In this document: one piece after another, positions 47,233 through 57,460 of the stretch
How positions within the stretch are numbered: the stretch's first letter is position 1
Layout of the letters: every line of letters begins with the position of its first letter
Source: Desulfobacterales bacterium
GTDB taxonomy: Bacteria > Desulfobacterota > Desulfobacteria > Desulfobacterales > ETH-SRB1
Reading direction: 5' to 3'
Length of the DNA: 64,000 nt
NCBI GenBank assembly: GCA_030610995.1
Contig: JAUWQO010000002.1
Location: 783 to 64,782 of the forward strand
Notes under the pieces: model-generated
The model's input: only the letters and a program-made list of their open reading frames with translations
Told to the model about the DNA's origin: nothing
The model's database searches: none
Program-made: the position numbers and the translations under genes

Positions 47233-47264
47233 CTGGATTCCCGCCTTCGCGGGAATGACAAAAG
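47233..47264. repeat. 32-nt module identical (inverted) to 4990-5021
   Basis: ctggattcccgccttcgcgggaatgacaaaag is the exact reverse complement of cttttgtcattcccgcgaaggcgggaatccag. Confidence 0.9.
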
Positions 47265-47574
47265 CGTGTGTTTTTGACTTTACGAATTTAACAATATTTA
47301 CTTTTGGGATGGTGTACTATAGACATTTTCATGTGTCAATTGTTGACGAGCAGGATGCACAGGCAGATGACCCCCAAAAGGGTTATCCAGTCGCTTCTGT
47401 TTGATGAAAGGGACTTGTTTGTCCGTCTTTCCGAGTAACACATCTTGGTTCTATGGCAAGGATACCGGCCACGGCAAGCCTGACCTCTCCGGTGTCAGGC
47501 AAAAGAAGCCCGTTTAAATGCCGCAAAAAGTGAAGCATATGCTGTCTTGCGAAGCTGTATGGAATGATTTGTGT

Positions 47575-48495
47575 TCATATGTGAAAACAATCACCATAAA
47601 CAACCTTTTTGATTGATCCGTCTGCGAGTTTCAATATCAACGCTCCGTTTTCATCCACATCTATTGCGAGCCCTTCAGATGTATCATGGCTTGTTACTAC
47701 CTTTACGCGGCGGTTAAGGGTTGTTGTATATTTTTTCCATTCGGGGATTATGTCGTCAAAGACCGTATTATTAATGCAGGTTTCGAATTCATCCAGAAAC
47801 TTAGAAAGGAGCTGTTTTCTTGATATTTTTTTCCCGAGAATAGATCTTAATGACGTGGCTGTTGGTTCTTTTGGCGTTGGATTGTTATTCACATTTATAC
47901 CAAGACCGATATTTATAAAAGAGACCATATCTGCTTCCGCCTCTATTTCAGACAGCATCCCGGAGATCTTTCCGCCATTGACCAGTATGTCGTTTGGCCA
48001 CTTGACCATGGCATTAATACAAAACATTTGACGTAACAATTGAGCAAGAACAAGTGAGGCTGCAAAATTGAGCCTCAGGCTTAATACAGGAGGTATCTGC
48101 GGCCTTAGCACAATGGTAAAATAGAGCCCCCCTTCTGAAGAATGCCAGATCCTCTTTAAACGACCTCTGCCCTTTTTCTGGCATCCGGCTATTACAACAG
48201 TAAAATGTGGACACCCCTTCCTGGCAAGCTCTCCGGCAATATCCATTGTTGAGGTTACTTTGGGGAAAAAGTGGATTTTTGATTCTCTATCTGGAAATTC
48301 CCATGGGAAAAGGGCGTCAATAGAGCCTATAAGCCGGTATCCCGTTGTGGTTGCAATAATATTATATCCGAACCCCTGAAGTTTGCGGATATGTTTCCAT
48401 ATAGAAACTCTTGAAATCCCAAGCTCAGAACTAAGCGCCTCGCCTGAAACAATCCCTTTTTTTCTTTTGAATATTTTAAGTATCTGTCCCTTCAT
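47575..48495 (-). CDS. birA: bifunctional biotin-protein ligase / bio operon repressor
   Basis: N-terminal HTH (LSSELGISRVSIWKHIRKL) and the KKGRGRLKRIW biotin-binding loop. Confidence 0.9.
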   Translation of the reverse strand: MKGQILKIFKRKKGIVSGEALSSELGISRVSIWKHIRKLQGFGYNIIATTTGYRLIGSIDALFPWEFPDRESKIHFFPKVTSTMDIAGELARKGCPHFTVVIAGCQKKGRGRLKRIWHSSEGGLYFTIVLRPQIPPVLSLRLNFAASLVLAQLLRQMFCINAMVKWPNDILVNGGKISGMLSEIEAEADMVSFINIGLGINVNNNPTPKEPTATSLRSILGKKISRKQLLSKFLDEFETCINNTVFDDIIPEWKKYTTTLNRRVKVVTSHDTSEGLAIDVDENGALILKLADGSIKKVVYGDCFHI

Positions 48496-48620
48496 ATCTG
48501 GCCCTTCATATTTGGCCCTTCATATTTGGTTAACCGTTTAAGTTTACGAGGTTAACCAAATATGCGCTATGTGTCAATAATATTTGACGGGAGCAAAATC
48601 TAATATAAATTTGAGCAAAT

Positions 48621-48810
48621 GTAACAGTTCAGCCACCAAGACACAAAGAGACCTTTGCATAACCCCCACTTTTGCCCAATTTTGGTCATTGCGAGGAGCA
48701 AAGCGACGCGGCAATCTCGTAGCTTATCAATGTGTTATGAGATTGCTTCGCTTCGCTCGTAATGACAATACTTGAATTATGCAAAGGTCTTACAAAGTCA
48801 CAAAGGAGGG
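48621..48810. repeat. nested hairpin element, copy A (cacaaag words, gacctttgcataa stem, cattgcgaggagcaaagcgacgcggcaatctc stem)
   Basis: gacctttgcataa (48650-48662) pairs with ttatgcaaaggtc (48777-48789). The inner arms are 48686-48718 and 48739-48766. Confidence 0.85.
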
Positions 48811-48991
48811 ATATGATTGATTACTCAAAATCTATATCGGATTTTGGGATAAAATTTTAGGTTGACTGTTTCATTTATCTGACCTAATTATTAAAGATTC
48901 TTTCAGCTTGTTGGAGCGAAGCGTAAATCCCGTCTCGCGGGGCTCCAGTCCCACTTTCGGGCGGGTTTTAATCATAAAAAAAGCAGATGAT

Positions 48992-49789
48992 ATGCCTTTT
49001 TCAATCGCCCTTGCAGGAAAGGGAGGCACAGGAAAAACAACTTTAGCAGGCATGCTGATTAAATATTTAGTCGGCAAGGGGAAAATCCCTGTCCTTGCGA
49101 TAGATGCCGATTCCAATGCTAATTTAAATGAGGTGCTTGGCCTTGAAGTTGCCGATACGCTCGGCAATGCCCGCGAAGAAATGAAAAGCGGCAAAGTTCC
49201 CGTCAGTATGAGCAAGAATGTTTTTATGTCAATGAAACTGGAACAGGCTATAATTGAGGCAGACGGATATGACCTGTTGGTTATGGGACAGCCTGAAGGG
49301 GCGGGCTGTTATTGTGCTGTAAATAATCTTCTTGCAGGATTTATGGAACGGCTGAGCGACAATTATCCTTATATTGTCATGGATAATGAGGCTGGAATGG
49401 AGCATATAAGCCGGCTGACCACAAAAAATGTTGATCTTCTTCTCGTTGTTTCCGACACATCAAGACGCGGTCTTCAGACTGCCTCAAGAATCAATGAACT
49501 CGCAAAAAATCTCAGCGTAGTGGCCGGCAAAAGCTATCTTGTTCTAAACAGGGCAAATGAGCCTTTGCCCGATCCTGTCCGTAATATGATTAAAAATGAG
49601 GAGCTTGAGCTTGTGGGAACAATACCTGAGGATAGTGCGGTATACGAATATGATTTAAATGGACGTCCAACAATCGAACTGCCAAATGATAATCCGGCCG
49701 TAAAAGCGGCATTTATGATATTTGATAAAATTATTAACGTAAAAGGTCAGCCACTAAGTCACAAAGGCACAAAGAAGGGCTATGATTGA
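48992..49789 (+). CDS. cooC: CooC/AcsF-type Ni-insertion ATPase (MinD/ParA fold)
   Basis: Start moved to MPFSIAL. GKGGTGKTT P-loop and the GAGCYCAVNN CxC motif. The last roughly 12 codons are encoded by a repeat element. Confidence 0.8.
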   Translation: MPFSIALAGKGGTGKTTLAGMLIKYLVGKGKIPVLAIDADSNANLNEVLGLEVADTLGNAREEMKSGKVPVSMSKNVFMSMKLEQAIIEADGYDLLVMGQPEGAGCYCAVNNLLAGFMERLSDNYPYIVMDNEAGMEHISRLTTKNVDLLLVVSDTSRRGLQTASRINELAKNLSVVAGKSYLVLNRANEPLPDPVRNMIKNEELELVGTIPEDSAVYEYDLNGRPTIELPNDNPAVKAAFMIFDKIINVKGQPLSHKGTKKGYD

Positions 49790-49976
49790 GGAATTGCGAA
49801 TTGAGGGATTGAGGGATTAAGGGATTAAGATCAGCAGAATACCTTCAATTCCTAAATTCCCAAATTCCTCAATTCGCAATTAAGCGAAGCGAATCTCTAA
49901 ATTCCTAAATTGTAGATTTCAAAAGAATTATATTATAATCTTGGTGTCTTCGTGTCTTTGTGGCTGAACTATTACT
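49747..49976. repeat. nested hairpin (cacaaag outer words, gagggatt/aattcc inner words)
   Basis: Outer arm tcagccactaagtcacaaaggcacaaag faces ttggtgtcttcgtgtctttgtggctga. Inner arm ttgcgaattgagggattgagggattaagggattaag faces cttcaattcctaaattcccaaattcctcaattcgcaa. Confidence 0.85.
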
Positions 49977-50034
49977 TATTAACTAAAGGTTAGTCATGAA
50001 ATGTCCGGGCTAACCGCTACTTGAAGAGAAGTAT

Positions 50035-50988
50035 ATGAAAAAAACAGGTTTTTTATTTGATGAAAGATATCTGCTTCATGATACCGGTTCCTATCATCCG
50101 GAAGCGCCTGCAAGACTTCAGGCTGTTTACCAGGGAATAAAAGAGGCTGGTCTTCTTTCCAGGCTCACTTTGATTCATGCCAGCCTTTCGGATCTAAAAT
50201 GGATCGAGGCTGTACATGACAAAGAATATATTAAGCGATTTAAAATGGCCTGTCTTGCAGGCAACTCGACATTCGACTGCCCCGATAACCACATATGTCC
50301 GGCAACATATGAGACAGCGCTTCTGGCCGTTGGAGGTATCCTTGATACAACACGTCTTGTCATGAACGCCGAAATCGACAATGCCTTCTGTGCTGTGCGG
50401 CCTCCCGGGCACCATGCTGAAATCAACAAAGCAATGGGATTTTGCTATTTCAACAATGTGGCAATTGCAGCAAGGTATCTGCAAAAAGAATGGAGCATAA
50501 AAAGGGTTGGAATTGTTGATTTTGATGTTCATCATGGCAACGGTACGCAGCATATATTTGAAGATGACCCAAATATCTTTTATTATTCAATCCACCAGCA
50601 CCCTTCATTTGCTTATCCAGGCACAGGAAGGGAATTTGAAGAGGGAGAAGGGGCCGGATTGGGATTTACCAAGAATTCTCCGGTATTACCGGGCAGTGGG
50701 GATAGTGAGTATAAACGCCTTATAAAAAGGGATTTTTTTCCTGCCTTTGAATCATTTAAGCCCGAGGTAATTATTGTGTCGTCCGGCTTTGATAGTCATG
50801 TTGATGATGATATGTCGGATATCAAACTGTCAACTGAAGCGTTTTCTTGGATAATAAAAAGCTTGGTTGAAATGGCTGATAAGTATTCAAACAAAAGGCT
50901 GATTTCCGTCCTTGAAGGGGGATACTCCCTTAAACGTCTTCCCGAGCTTGCAAAAAACCATGTTGAAATTTTATTAAATCATAAATAA
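50035..50988 (+). CDS. histone-deacetylase-family amidohydrolase (AcuC-like)
   Basis: RPPGHHA, DFDVHHGNGTQ and EGGY motifs. Confidence 0.85.
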   Translation: MKKTGFLFDERYLLHDTGSYHPEAPARLQAVYQGIKEAGLLSRLTLIHASLSDLKWIEAVHDKEYIKRFKMACLAGNSTFDCPDNHICPATYETALLAVGGILDTTRLVMNAEIDNAFCAVRPPGHHAEINKAMGFCYFNNVAIAARYLQKEWSIKRVGIVDFDVHHGNGTQHIFEDDPNIFYYSIHQHPSFAYPGTGREFEEGEGAGLGFTKNSPVLPGSGDSEYKRLIKRDFFPAFESFKPEVIIVSSGFDSHVDDDMSDIKLSTEAFSWIIKSLVEMADKYSNKRLISVLEGGYSLKRLPELAKNHVEILLNHK

Positions 50989-51000
50989 ATAATAAAAATT

Positions 51001-51331
51001 GTAACGGCTTAGCCACCAAGACACAAAGTCACAAAGGAAAGACATATTTTTCAAAACCTTATATGAAAGGAAGAATTGAGACCTTTGAATAACCGCTGTT
51101 TTAGTCATTGCAAGGAGCAAAGCGACGCGGCAATCTCGTGGATTATCAATGTGTTGTGAGATTGCTTCGCTTCGCTCGCAATGACAATATAGGCATCTTG
51201 CAAAGGTCTCGAATTCATTCTCCAAAAAATTTACAGATATTGCTTTTTACTGTGCATAAGAAATATCCGCCAGAGCCCGTTGGCGGATTAGAATCTTAGT
51301 GTCTTTGTGACTTTGTGGCTGAACTATTACT
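51001..51331. repeat. nested hairpin element, copy B of 48621-48810, with extra modules
   Basis: Carries the same cattgcaaggagcaaagcgacgcggcaatctc...gagattgcttcgcttcgctcgcaatgac core. The outer agccaccaagacacaaagtcacaaagg faces gtgtctttgtgactttgtggct. Confidence 0.85.
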
Positions 51332-51393
51332 AAAAATTGAATATAATTTTTAAACAAAACAAGATGTCTTGAACAAAAGTAGTGGAGGGGAAA

Positions 51394-52071
51394 ATGTTTG
51401 TCAGCAAATCGATGACTAAAAAGGTTATCACAATCAACAAAGATGCTGATATTTTTGAGGCAAAGGAGAAAATGGCCGAGCATCGAATACGTCATCTTCC
51501 GGTTGTAACAAAGGATTATCACCTGATCGGAATCGTTTCGGATCGTGACATTAGAAGCGCCATGCCATCAATGTCTTTAAACGATTACAACAGCAAAAAA
51601 ATAAAGGCTAACATTGCAAAGCTCCTAATAAAGGACATCATGACAATAGATCCTATTGCCATTTCTCCATTGCATACCATTCAAGATGCTCTTGTGCTTA
51701 TCCAGAAGACACGTGTTGGGGCGTTTCCTGTTGTAGATGAAAAGGGAAAGCTCAGAGGTATTATCTCTGTACGCGATCTTCTTCGTGCGTTTATCAATGT
51801 TATGGGTATGGAAGACCCCGGAACATTAATGTGCATCATTGTGGAAGAAAAGTTAGGCCAGATGAAAAAAATTATCGACGCAATAACTGAAGAACACATT
51901 TCTTTTGGAAGCATTATGGTAGCAAGATACTGGGATAAAGAAAAACGGGCGGTTTTCCCATATCTATTGACTCAAAATATAACCCCTTTAAAGAAAAAAT
52001 TTAAAAAGATGGGGTATGAGATTCTCGACCCGATGAAATGGTATATTGATCAGCTGCCAAAAAACGAATGA
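51394..52071 (+). CDS. CBS-pair protein with ACT-like C-terminus (AcuB-like)
   Basis: Two CBS motifs (HRIRHLPVV..GIVSDRDI, VGAFPVVDEKGKLRGIISVRDL) and a C-terminal domain of about 80 aa. Confidence 0.65.
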   Translation: MFVSKSMTKKVITINKDADIFEAKEKMAEHRIRHLPVVTKDYHLIGIVSDRDIRSAMPSMSLNDYNSKKIKANIAKLLIKDIMTIDPIAISPLHTIQDALVLIQKTRVGAFPVVDEKGKLRGIISVRDLLRAFINVMGMEDPGTLMCIIVEEKLGQMKKIIDAITEEHISFGSIMVARYWDKEKRAVFPYLLTQNITPLKKKFKKMGYEILDPMKWYIDQLPKNE

Positions 52072-52123
52072 CGCCATCAAGGTTGGTTTTGTTTAAAGGA
52101 TTTCAAAGGGAGAGCTTTGAAAA

Positions 52124-52963
52124 ATGCTTATAAAATCCTGGGGATCGAGAGGTTCCATTCCTGTTTCAGGTAAAGAATATCTCAAGTATGGCGGTGACAC
52201 CGCATGTATAGAAATCAGGGCAAAAAGCAATGATATCATAATTATTGATGCCGGAACCGGGATTCGAAGGCTCGGCAATAAATTGATGGGAGAGAAAAAC
52301 TCTACCTATAACATCATCTTCACCCATGCCCATTGGGATCACGTAATGGGACTTCCCTTTTTTAAGCCTCTATATTTTAAAAACACCACACTGCGGATGC
52401 ACAAATGTCCCTTTCACAGTAAATTCGTGGAAAACATACTTCCCAAGCTGATGTCTCCTCCTAACTTTCCTGTAAAATTCTCCAATTTAAAGGCAAACAT
52501 ATATTACGAAGAAGCATGCTCCAAAGAATTTAAGATCGGATCAGTATCGATAATCCCTATCCGTATCAGCCATCCCAACGGCGGCAGTGGATATAAATTC
52601 ATTGAAGATAATAAAACTTTTGTTTTTCTGACAGACAATGAACTTGGTTTTGTCCATCCCGGAGGCCTTTCATATAAAGACTATCTGGAGTTTTCTTCAG
52701 GCGCTCATCTGCTTATTCATGACGCCGAATACACGCCTGACGATTATGAAAACTATATAGGATGGGGGCATTCTGAATATACTCGTGTGCTGGATCTATC
52801 CTTTGAAGCCGGAGTAAAAAAATTGGGCCTGTTCCATTTAAACCAGGAAAGAACAGACAGAGAAATGGATGATATTGTCAAAAAATGCAAAACCATCATA
52901 GCTCAAAAAGGAGAAAACCTTGAATGCTTTGGTGTCGGCAGCGATATGACCTTTGAGCTTTAG
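52124..52963 (+). CDS. MBL-fold metallo-hydrolase
   Basis: FTHAHWDH zinc-binding motif; 279 aa. Confidence 0.75.
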   Translation: MLIKSWGSRGSIPVSGKEYLKYGGDTACIEIRAKSNDIIIIDAGTGIRRLGNKLMGEKNSTYNIIFTHAHWDHVMGLPFFKPLYFKNTTLRMHKCPFHSKFVENILPKLMSPPNFPVKFSNLKANIYYEEACSKEFKIGSVSIIPIRISHPNGGSGYKFIEDNKTFVFLTDNELGFVHPGGLSYKDYLEFSSGAHLLIHDAEYTPDDYENYIGWGHSEYTRVLDLSFEAGVKKLGLFHLNQERTDREMDDIVKKCKTIIAQKGENLECFGVGSDMTFEL

Positions 52964-53106
52964 TTCGCTTTGCTCACAATTGGTCGAGTGGTTGATTAGT
53001 CGAGTAGTTGAGTAGTTAACCACTCGACCATTTTCCCACTCGACCACTCGACTATTTTCCCACTCGACCATTTTCCCACTCGACCAATTGTGAGCAAAGC
53101 GAACTA
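52961..53106. repeat. perfect 31-bp inverted repeat with ggtcgagt-word interior; probable bidirectional terminator
   Basis: tagttcgctttgctcacaattggtcgagtgg (52961-52991) is the exact reverse complement of 53076-53106. Both convergent TAG stop codons lie in the stem. Confidence 0.85.
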
Positions 53107-54459
53107 AGTTTTGTTTTTCAGTTTTTTATAGAGGTAGCTTCGCTTAACCCCTATTGATTCGGCTGTTTTTGCAACATTATTATCGTGTTGCAAAAGTTTT
53201 TTTTGGATAAATGCTTTTTCAAAGGCCTTTTTTGCATCCTTTAAAAAATCGATTATAAACAACTGCGATTCAACAAGCCCCAAACCTTCCCCAAGGTTTG
53301 AATTATATGGCGCCGGTATATCGGAAACATCAATTATATCGTTTTCCGTCATGATAGCCATCCGCTCCACAAGATTCTTCAGTTCTCTGACATTTCCCGG
53401 CCATGAGTAGGCACATAAAATATCGAGCGCTTCTCTGGTTATTTTCTTTCTTTTACTGTGATTTTGTTTTGTGCTTTCATCTAAAAAGGTTTCAACAAGA
53501 AGCGGAATATCCTCGCAACGACTCTTCAGGTTTGGGACTTCGATAGGTATTACATTTAACCGAAAGTAAAGATCCTCTCTAAAGCTTCCATTTTCAATCT
53601 CCCTTTCAAGATCTTTGTTGCTGGCGGCAATTATTCTGACATTGACACTTAATGTTCTGCTTCCTCCGACACGCTGGAATTTTTGTTCCTGCAACACGCG
53701 AAGAATTTTGGCCTGTGTTTTTAAACTCATATCCCCTACTTCATCAAGGAAAATCGTTCCATTGCTTGCCAGCTCAAATTTGCCTCTTTTCTTGCCGGTC
53801 GCTTCAGTAAACACCCCTTTCTCGTGGCCAAACAGCTCGCTTTCAATCAATTCTTCCGGAATTGCGGCGCAACTGACATCAATAAAGGGTTGATCCACCC
53901 TTGGGCTTAACTGGTGAATTGCACGCGCAACAAGCTCCTTGCCTGTGCCGTTTTCTCCTGTGATAAGGATCCATGCATCTGTCGGGGCTGCAATCGCTAT
54001 CTGCTTTTTCAGAGCCACGGTTGGAGAGCTGTCTCCGTTTATCGAGTGCTTTTCTATTGTCTTTTTTCGAAGATATCTGTTTTCCTCTTCAAGCCTCCTG
54101 AAGTTTAGCGCATTATTAATCGCAACAATTACCTTCTCAATCGAAAGCGGTTTTTCAATTAAATCAAACGCTCCAAGCTTTGTGGCCCTAACAGCGGTTT
54201 CTATTGTCCCGTGCCCCGATATTATTATTACCTGGATAAAGGCATTATTTTTTTTTATCTCCTTTAATGTCTCAATTCCGTCGATACCCGGCATCCATAT
54301 ATCAAGCAAAACAAGATCCGGTGACTCGCTATCTATAATCTTTAAGGCTTCATAACCATTGGTGGCCGTTATGACCTCAAAACCTTCATCATAAAGTAGA
54401 CCGCTTAAAGACTGGAGTATGGATGGTTCGTCGTCAACAATCAGAATAGATGGAAACAT
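53104..54459 (-). CDS. ntrX: sigma-54-dependent response regulator (NtrC/NtrX family)
   Basis: Receiver domain, AAA+ domain (GENGTGKELVARAIH) and a Fis-type HTH (AKTAESIGVKRSYLYKKLK). Confidence 0.75.
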   Translation of the reverse strand: MFPSILIVDDEPSILQSLSGLLYDEGFEVITATNGYEALKIIDSESPDLVLLDIWMPGIDGIETLKEIKKNNAFIQVIIISGHGTIETAVRATKLGAFDLIEKPLSIEKVIVAINNALNFRRLEEENRYLRKKTIEKHSINGDSSPTVALKKQIAIAAPTDAWILITGENGTGKELVARAIHQLSPRVDQPFIDVSCAAIPEELIESELFGHEKGVFTEATGKKRGKFELASNGTIFLDEVGDMSLKTQAKILRVLQEQKFQRVGGSRTLSVNVRIIAASNKDLEREIENGSFREDLYFRLNVIPIEVPNLKSRCEDIPLLVETFLDESTKQNHSKRKKITREALDILCAYSWPGNVRELKNLVERMAIMTENDIIDVSDIPAPYNSNLGEGLGLVESQLFIIDFLKDAKKAFEKAFIQKKLLQHDNNVAKTAESIGVKRSYLYKKLKNKT

Positions 54460-54520
54460 ATGATCTCCTTTAAATATTTTCGACCTGTATAGCCGCTATA
54501 GTTCTAAAGATAATTCATGG

Positions 54521-54620
54521 GGTTCGCTTCGCTTAATTGCGAATTTAGGGATTCAGGAATTTGGGAATTGAAGGTATTCTACTGATTTTTAATTCCTCAA
54601 TCCCTTAATCCCTTAATCGC
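54521..54620. repeat. inverted, diverged copy of the 49791-49893 gagggatt/aattcc element
   Basis: ggttcgcttcgcttaattgcgaatttagggattcaggaatttgggaattgaaggtattct...aattcctcaatcccttaatcccttaatcgc. Confidence 0.8.
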
Positions 54621-56854
54621 TACACCGGCAGCTCTATTACAAGTTTGGCGCCCTTAGGCTGGTTATCCTGCGCCTGTATCATACCGTTATGATCAGCAAC
54701 AATCGTGCTGACAATTGTCAGGCCTAATCCCATGCCTGTCTTTTTTGTTGAAAAATAGGGTTCAAAAAGATGTGTTTTGTCTTCATCAGAAATGCCTGGG
54801 CCATTATCGGCAACCTCTATCCGAACAATGTTTAAGATAGGATCATTGGTTAATTTAATCGAAATTTTGCCATTTGCTTTAATCGAAGCAATGGCATTAT
54901 CAACAAGATTAATCATAGCCTGCTTAATCTGCCTGCGATCAATATTTAAAGGCGGAATATCCTCCGTCATGCTGATTTCGAAATCTATATTTTGATGCCC
55001 TTCTTTGTATAGCGCCACAGTCTCTTCAATAATGGGCGGCAGGTCGCAGAACTCGGGATTTGCCGCCGGAAATCTTGCAAACGCGGAAAATTCATTTACC
55101 AGGTTCCGAATCAAATCCACATGATCAATTATCATCTGAATACATTCCTCAAAAACCGGTTCGTTTATCTGTTTTGAATATCTTCTTTTCAGACGCTGAG
55201 CCGAAAGAACGACCGGGGTTAAAGGGTTTTTAACTTCATGGGCAATCCTGCGCGCGACTTCACGCCATGCCGCAATACGCTGGCCCTTTTCCAGTTCCGT
55301 AAGGTCATCAAAGACCATTACTATGCCCATATGGTTTCCAATATCGTCTCTAAGCGCATTAACATGCATCATAAAACTACGCTGCCTTCCTTCTATTGTT
55401 AATCTAAGCGGAAGAGTAACATCATCCTTCAGGGATCTGGTTAGATTATCAATTATTTCTTCTGCGAGATTCAGATGTTGGCCTTTAAGCAGATTTTTAT
55501 AATTTTTATTCAGCATATCCTCAGGTCTGAGAGCAAGCATTTTTTCAGCCGACTTGTTTATGGTTGATACAAGCCCGCTTGGACCAAGAGTTATTACGCC
55601 GGCAGAAACATTCTTTAATACTATTTCCATATGCTGCCGTCTTTTTTCTATCTCAACATTTTGTTCGCGAAGCATACCTGCGGAAAGCTCTAATTGTTCT
55701 CTGCTCATCTGCAAATCTTTTGTCATCTTATTAAATGAATCAACAAGACTGCCGATTTCAGTATCAGCCACAGGGCCGATGCTGAATCCCAAATCTCCTT
55801 CCGCAACCCTTCGCGTCCCCTCGGCAAGCTCCTTAATCGGTATTGTGATAGATTTCGCCAGGTAAAATCCAAACCATATCGCGCAAAAAACAACAAGTAG
55901 CGCCACGATTGAAAGGATTATATAATAGGTTGTCTGGATCGGTTTCTTAAGAAGTATTATCTGTTGATATTCTTCAAAACCTCTTGATATGGATGCCATA
56001 TTTTCAGAAAGATCAGTGGGAATCAAAACCGACAATACAACAAATCCTTTGGCATCTGCGTGATTTGTGCCAAAAGGAATGGTTCCAATCGTTCTTATCA
56101 GCTCCCCTTCCGGAATTTTTTCAAAAACCGACCTTACCCCTTTTAGCTCTATATCCTTTTGAAAACCATCAGCAGAAACAATGCTAAAAGGCTTGTCTTC
56201 CAGTTCCCTAACAAGGGCAAATGTGAGCCGGTTTGCATTCACGCTGTAAATTTCAACAGCATCAATATTAAATGCCCGTTGAACAACCTGGACATAGTGG
56301 GAAAGGGCTTTCCTTTTTTTTTCAGCCAGAAGTTTTTTGGTATTTATCTGGTAGGCAATTCTTTCCAGATAAAACCGGTTATTTTCTTCTGCATGATCAT
56401 ATACGCGCCTTCCTACAAGCAATGAGTTTTCAAGAGCCTGCTCTACGGGGACATTAAACCAAAATTCAATGCTGGTTGTAATAAAGGTAATTGAAAAGAA
56501 AAAAAGTACAATCGTAGGCAAAAGAGTAAGCGCGATAAAGGCGGCCACAAGTCTCGTGCGAAGCTTTGCCCCCATTACCTTGCGCTTTCTATCGTAGAGC
56601 AACTTTACCAGATTTCTAAACACAAGAAATATCAACAGGATAAGCAACAGCAAATTGATGTTGATTAATATGAACATCAATATTGTGTTGGAAATTGGGA
56701 TATCTGCCCCAAAATGTATTACCTTGTGCTCAGCAAAGGTCAGAATGGCAATGACAAAGATAACTATGACAATCAGAATGCCTTCACGTTTCCGCCTTTT
56801 GCGTTCCTCTTCTGAAATATAAGATTTTGGACTTTTGAATATATTATTGCTCAT
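54620..56854 (-). CDS. ntrY: NtrY-like sensor histidine kinase (TM-HAMP-PAS-HisKA-HATPase)
   Basis: 744 aa. HAMP (IKELAEGTRRVAEGDL), H-box (AHEVKNPLTP) and G-boxes. Confidence 0.7.
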   Translation of the reverse strand: MSNNIFKSPKSYISEEERKRRKREGILIVIVIFVIAILTFAEHKVIHFGADIPISNTILMFILININLLLLILLIFLVFRNLVKLLYDRKRKVMGAKLRTRLVAAFIALTLLPTIVLFFFSITFITTSIEFWFNVPVEQALENSLLVGRRVYDHAEENNRFYLERIAYQINTKKLLAEKKRKALSHYVQVVQRAFNIDAVEIYSVNANRLTFALVRELEDKPFSIVSADGFQKDIELKGVRSVFEKIPEGELIRTIGTIPFGTNHADAKGFVVLSVLIPTDLSENMASISRGFEEYQQIILLKKPIQTTYYIILSIVALLVVFCAIWFGFYLAKSITIPIKELAEGTRRVAEGDLGFSIGPVADTEIGSLVDSFNKMTKDLQMSREQLELSAGMLREQNVEIEKRRQHMEIVLKNVSAGVITLGPSGLVSTINKSAEKMLALRPEDMLNKNYKNLLKGQHLNLAEEIIDNLTRSLKDDVTLPLRLTIEGRQRSFMMHVNALRDDIGNHMGIVMVFDDLTELEKGQRIAAWREVARRIAHEVKNPLTPVVLSAQRLKRRYSKQINEPVFEECIQMIIDHVDLIRNLVNEFSAFARFPAANPEFCDLPPIIEETVALYKEGHQNIDFEISMTEDIPPLNIDRRQIKQAMINLVDNAIASIKANGKISIKLTNDPILNIVRIEVADNGPGISDEDKTHLFEPYFSTKKTGMGLGLTIVSTIVADHNGMIQAQDNQPKGAKLVIELPV

Positions 56855-56879
56855 AATAGGTGCGGAGAAATTCCGGCTT

Positions 56880-57449
56880 TCAGTAGATAAAATCTATTGT
56901 ATACCAGTCTGTTTCAACGTCCCATAAAGAAACAAAGAACAGGATATAATGCAGATAAAAGGGAAGGGTTAGTTTGCCGAGTTCTGCCTTGGCTCTTATT
57001 TGATACTGGCTGCCTTTCTGCAGACTGCCAAGCGGAATAATTTTTAAGCTGTCAATTTCGGCCATCAGCTTTTTGGCCTCTTCAAAAGATTGTGTAACAG
57101 ACGGCTTATCCTTTTCCCATGACCGTGTAACAACAAATTCCTTCTTCAGGCTATTGTATTTAATCCTATGGGTTATCTTTATATCAGCCATCTTATTATC
57201 AAACCACATATTACGGGCCCGGTACAGGGTAATATAGAAGGAAAAGGTTGCCTGCACCCCTTTTAGAACAGCTTTTTTTATCTTATCATTAAAAGCCCCT
57301 TCAACATTAAGAAAAACTAAAAGATCATCGCGTGTGTTGGTGACAATTATATTGGTCAGCCTTGCCTCATGTGCAAAGGCTGCATTTTGCATAACCAGTA
57401 ATATGCAAAAAAATATGATGCTAATTTTGCGACAAAGCAATGATAACAT
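56880..57449 (-). CDS. DUF4390-like periplasmic protein
   Basis: Signal peptide. It occupies the position upstream of ntrY that DUF4390 genes take elsewhere. Confidence 0.5.
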   Translation of the reverse strand: MLSLLCRKISIIFFCILLVMQNAAFAHEARLTNIIVTNTRDDLLVFLNVEGAFNDKIKKAVLKGVQATFSFYITLYRARNMWFDNKMADIKITHRIKYNSLKKEFVVTRSWEKDKPSVTQSFEEAKKLMAEIDSLKIIPLGSLQKGSQYQIRAKAELGKLTLPFYLHYILFFVSLWDVETDWYTIDFIY

Positions 57450-57460
57450 AATATGCGTAA

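Noticed and set aside
47300-47575. Expected a coaX (type III pantothenate kinase) downstream of birA, as in many genomes.
   Set aside because: The only minus-strand frame is about 58 codons with no CoaX N-terminal motif (no DxGNT). The region is mostly repeat DNA.
52975-53100. Possible CRISPR array, given the regularly recurring ccactcgacc/ggtcgagt units. Similar tandem words occur at 49790-49900 and 57630-57760.
   Set aside because: The units are 8-12 nt, irregularly spaced and without unique spacers, and they are arranged as two reverse-complement arms. No cas genes are in the window.
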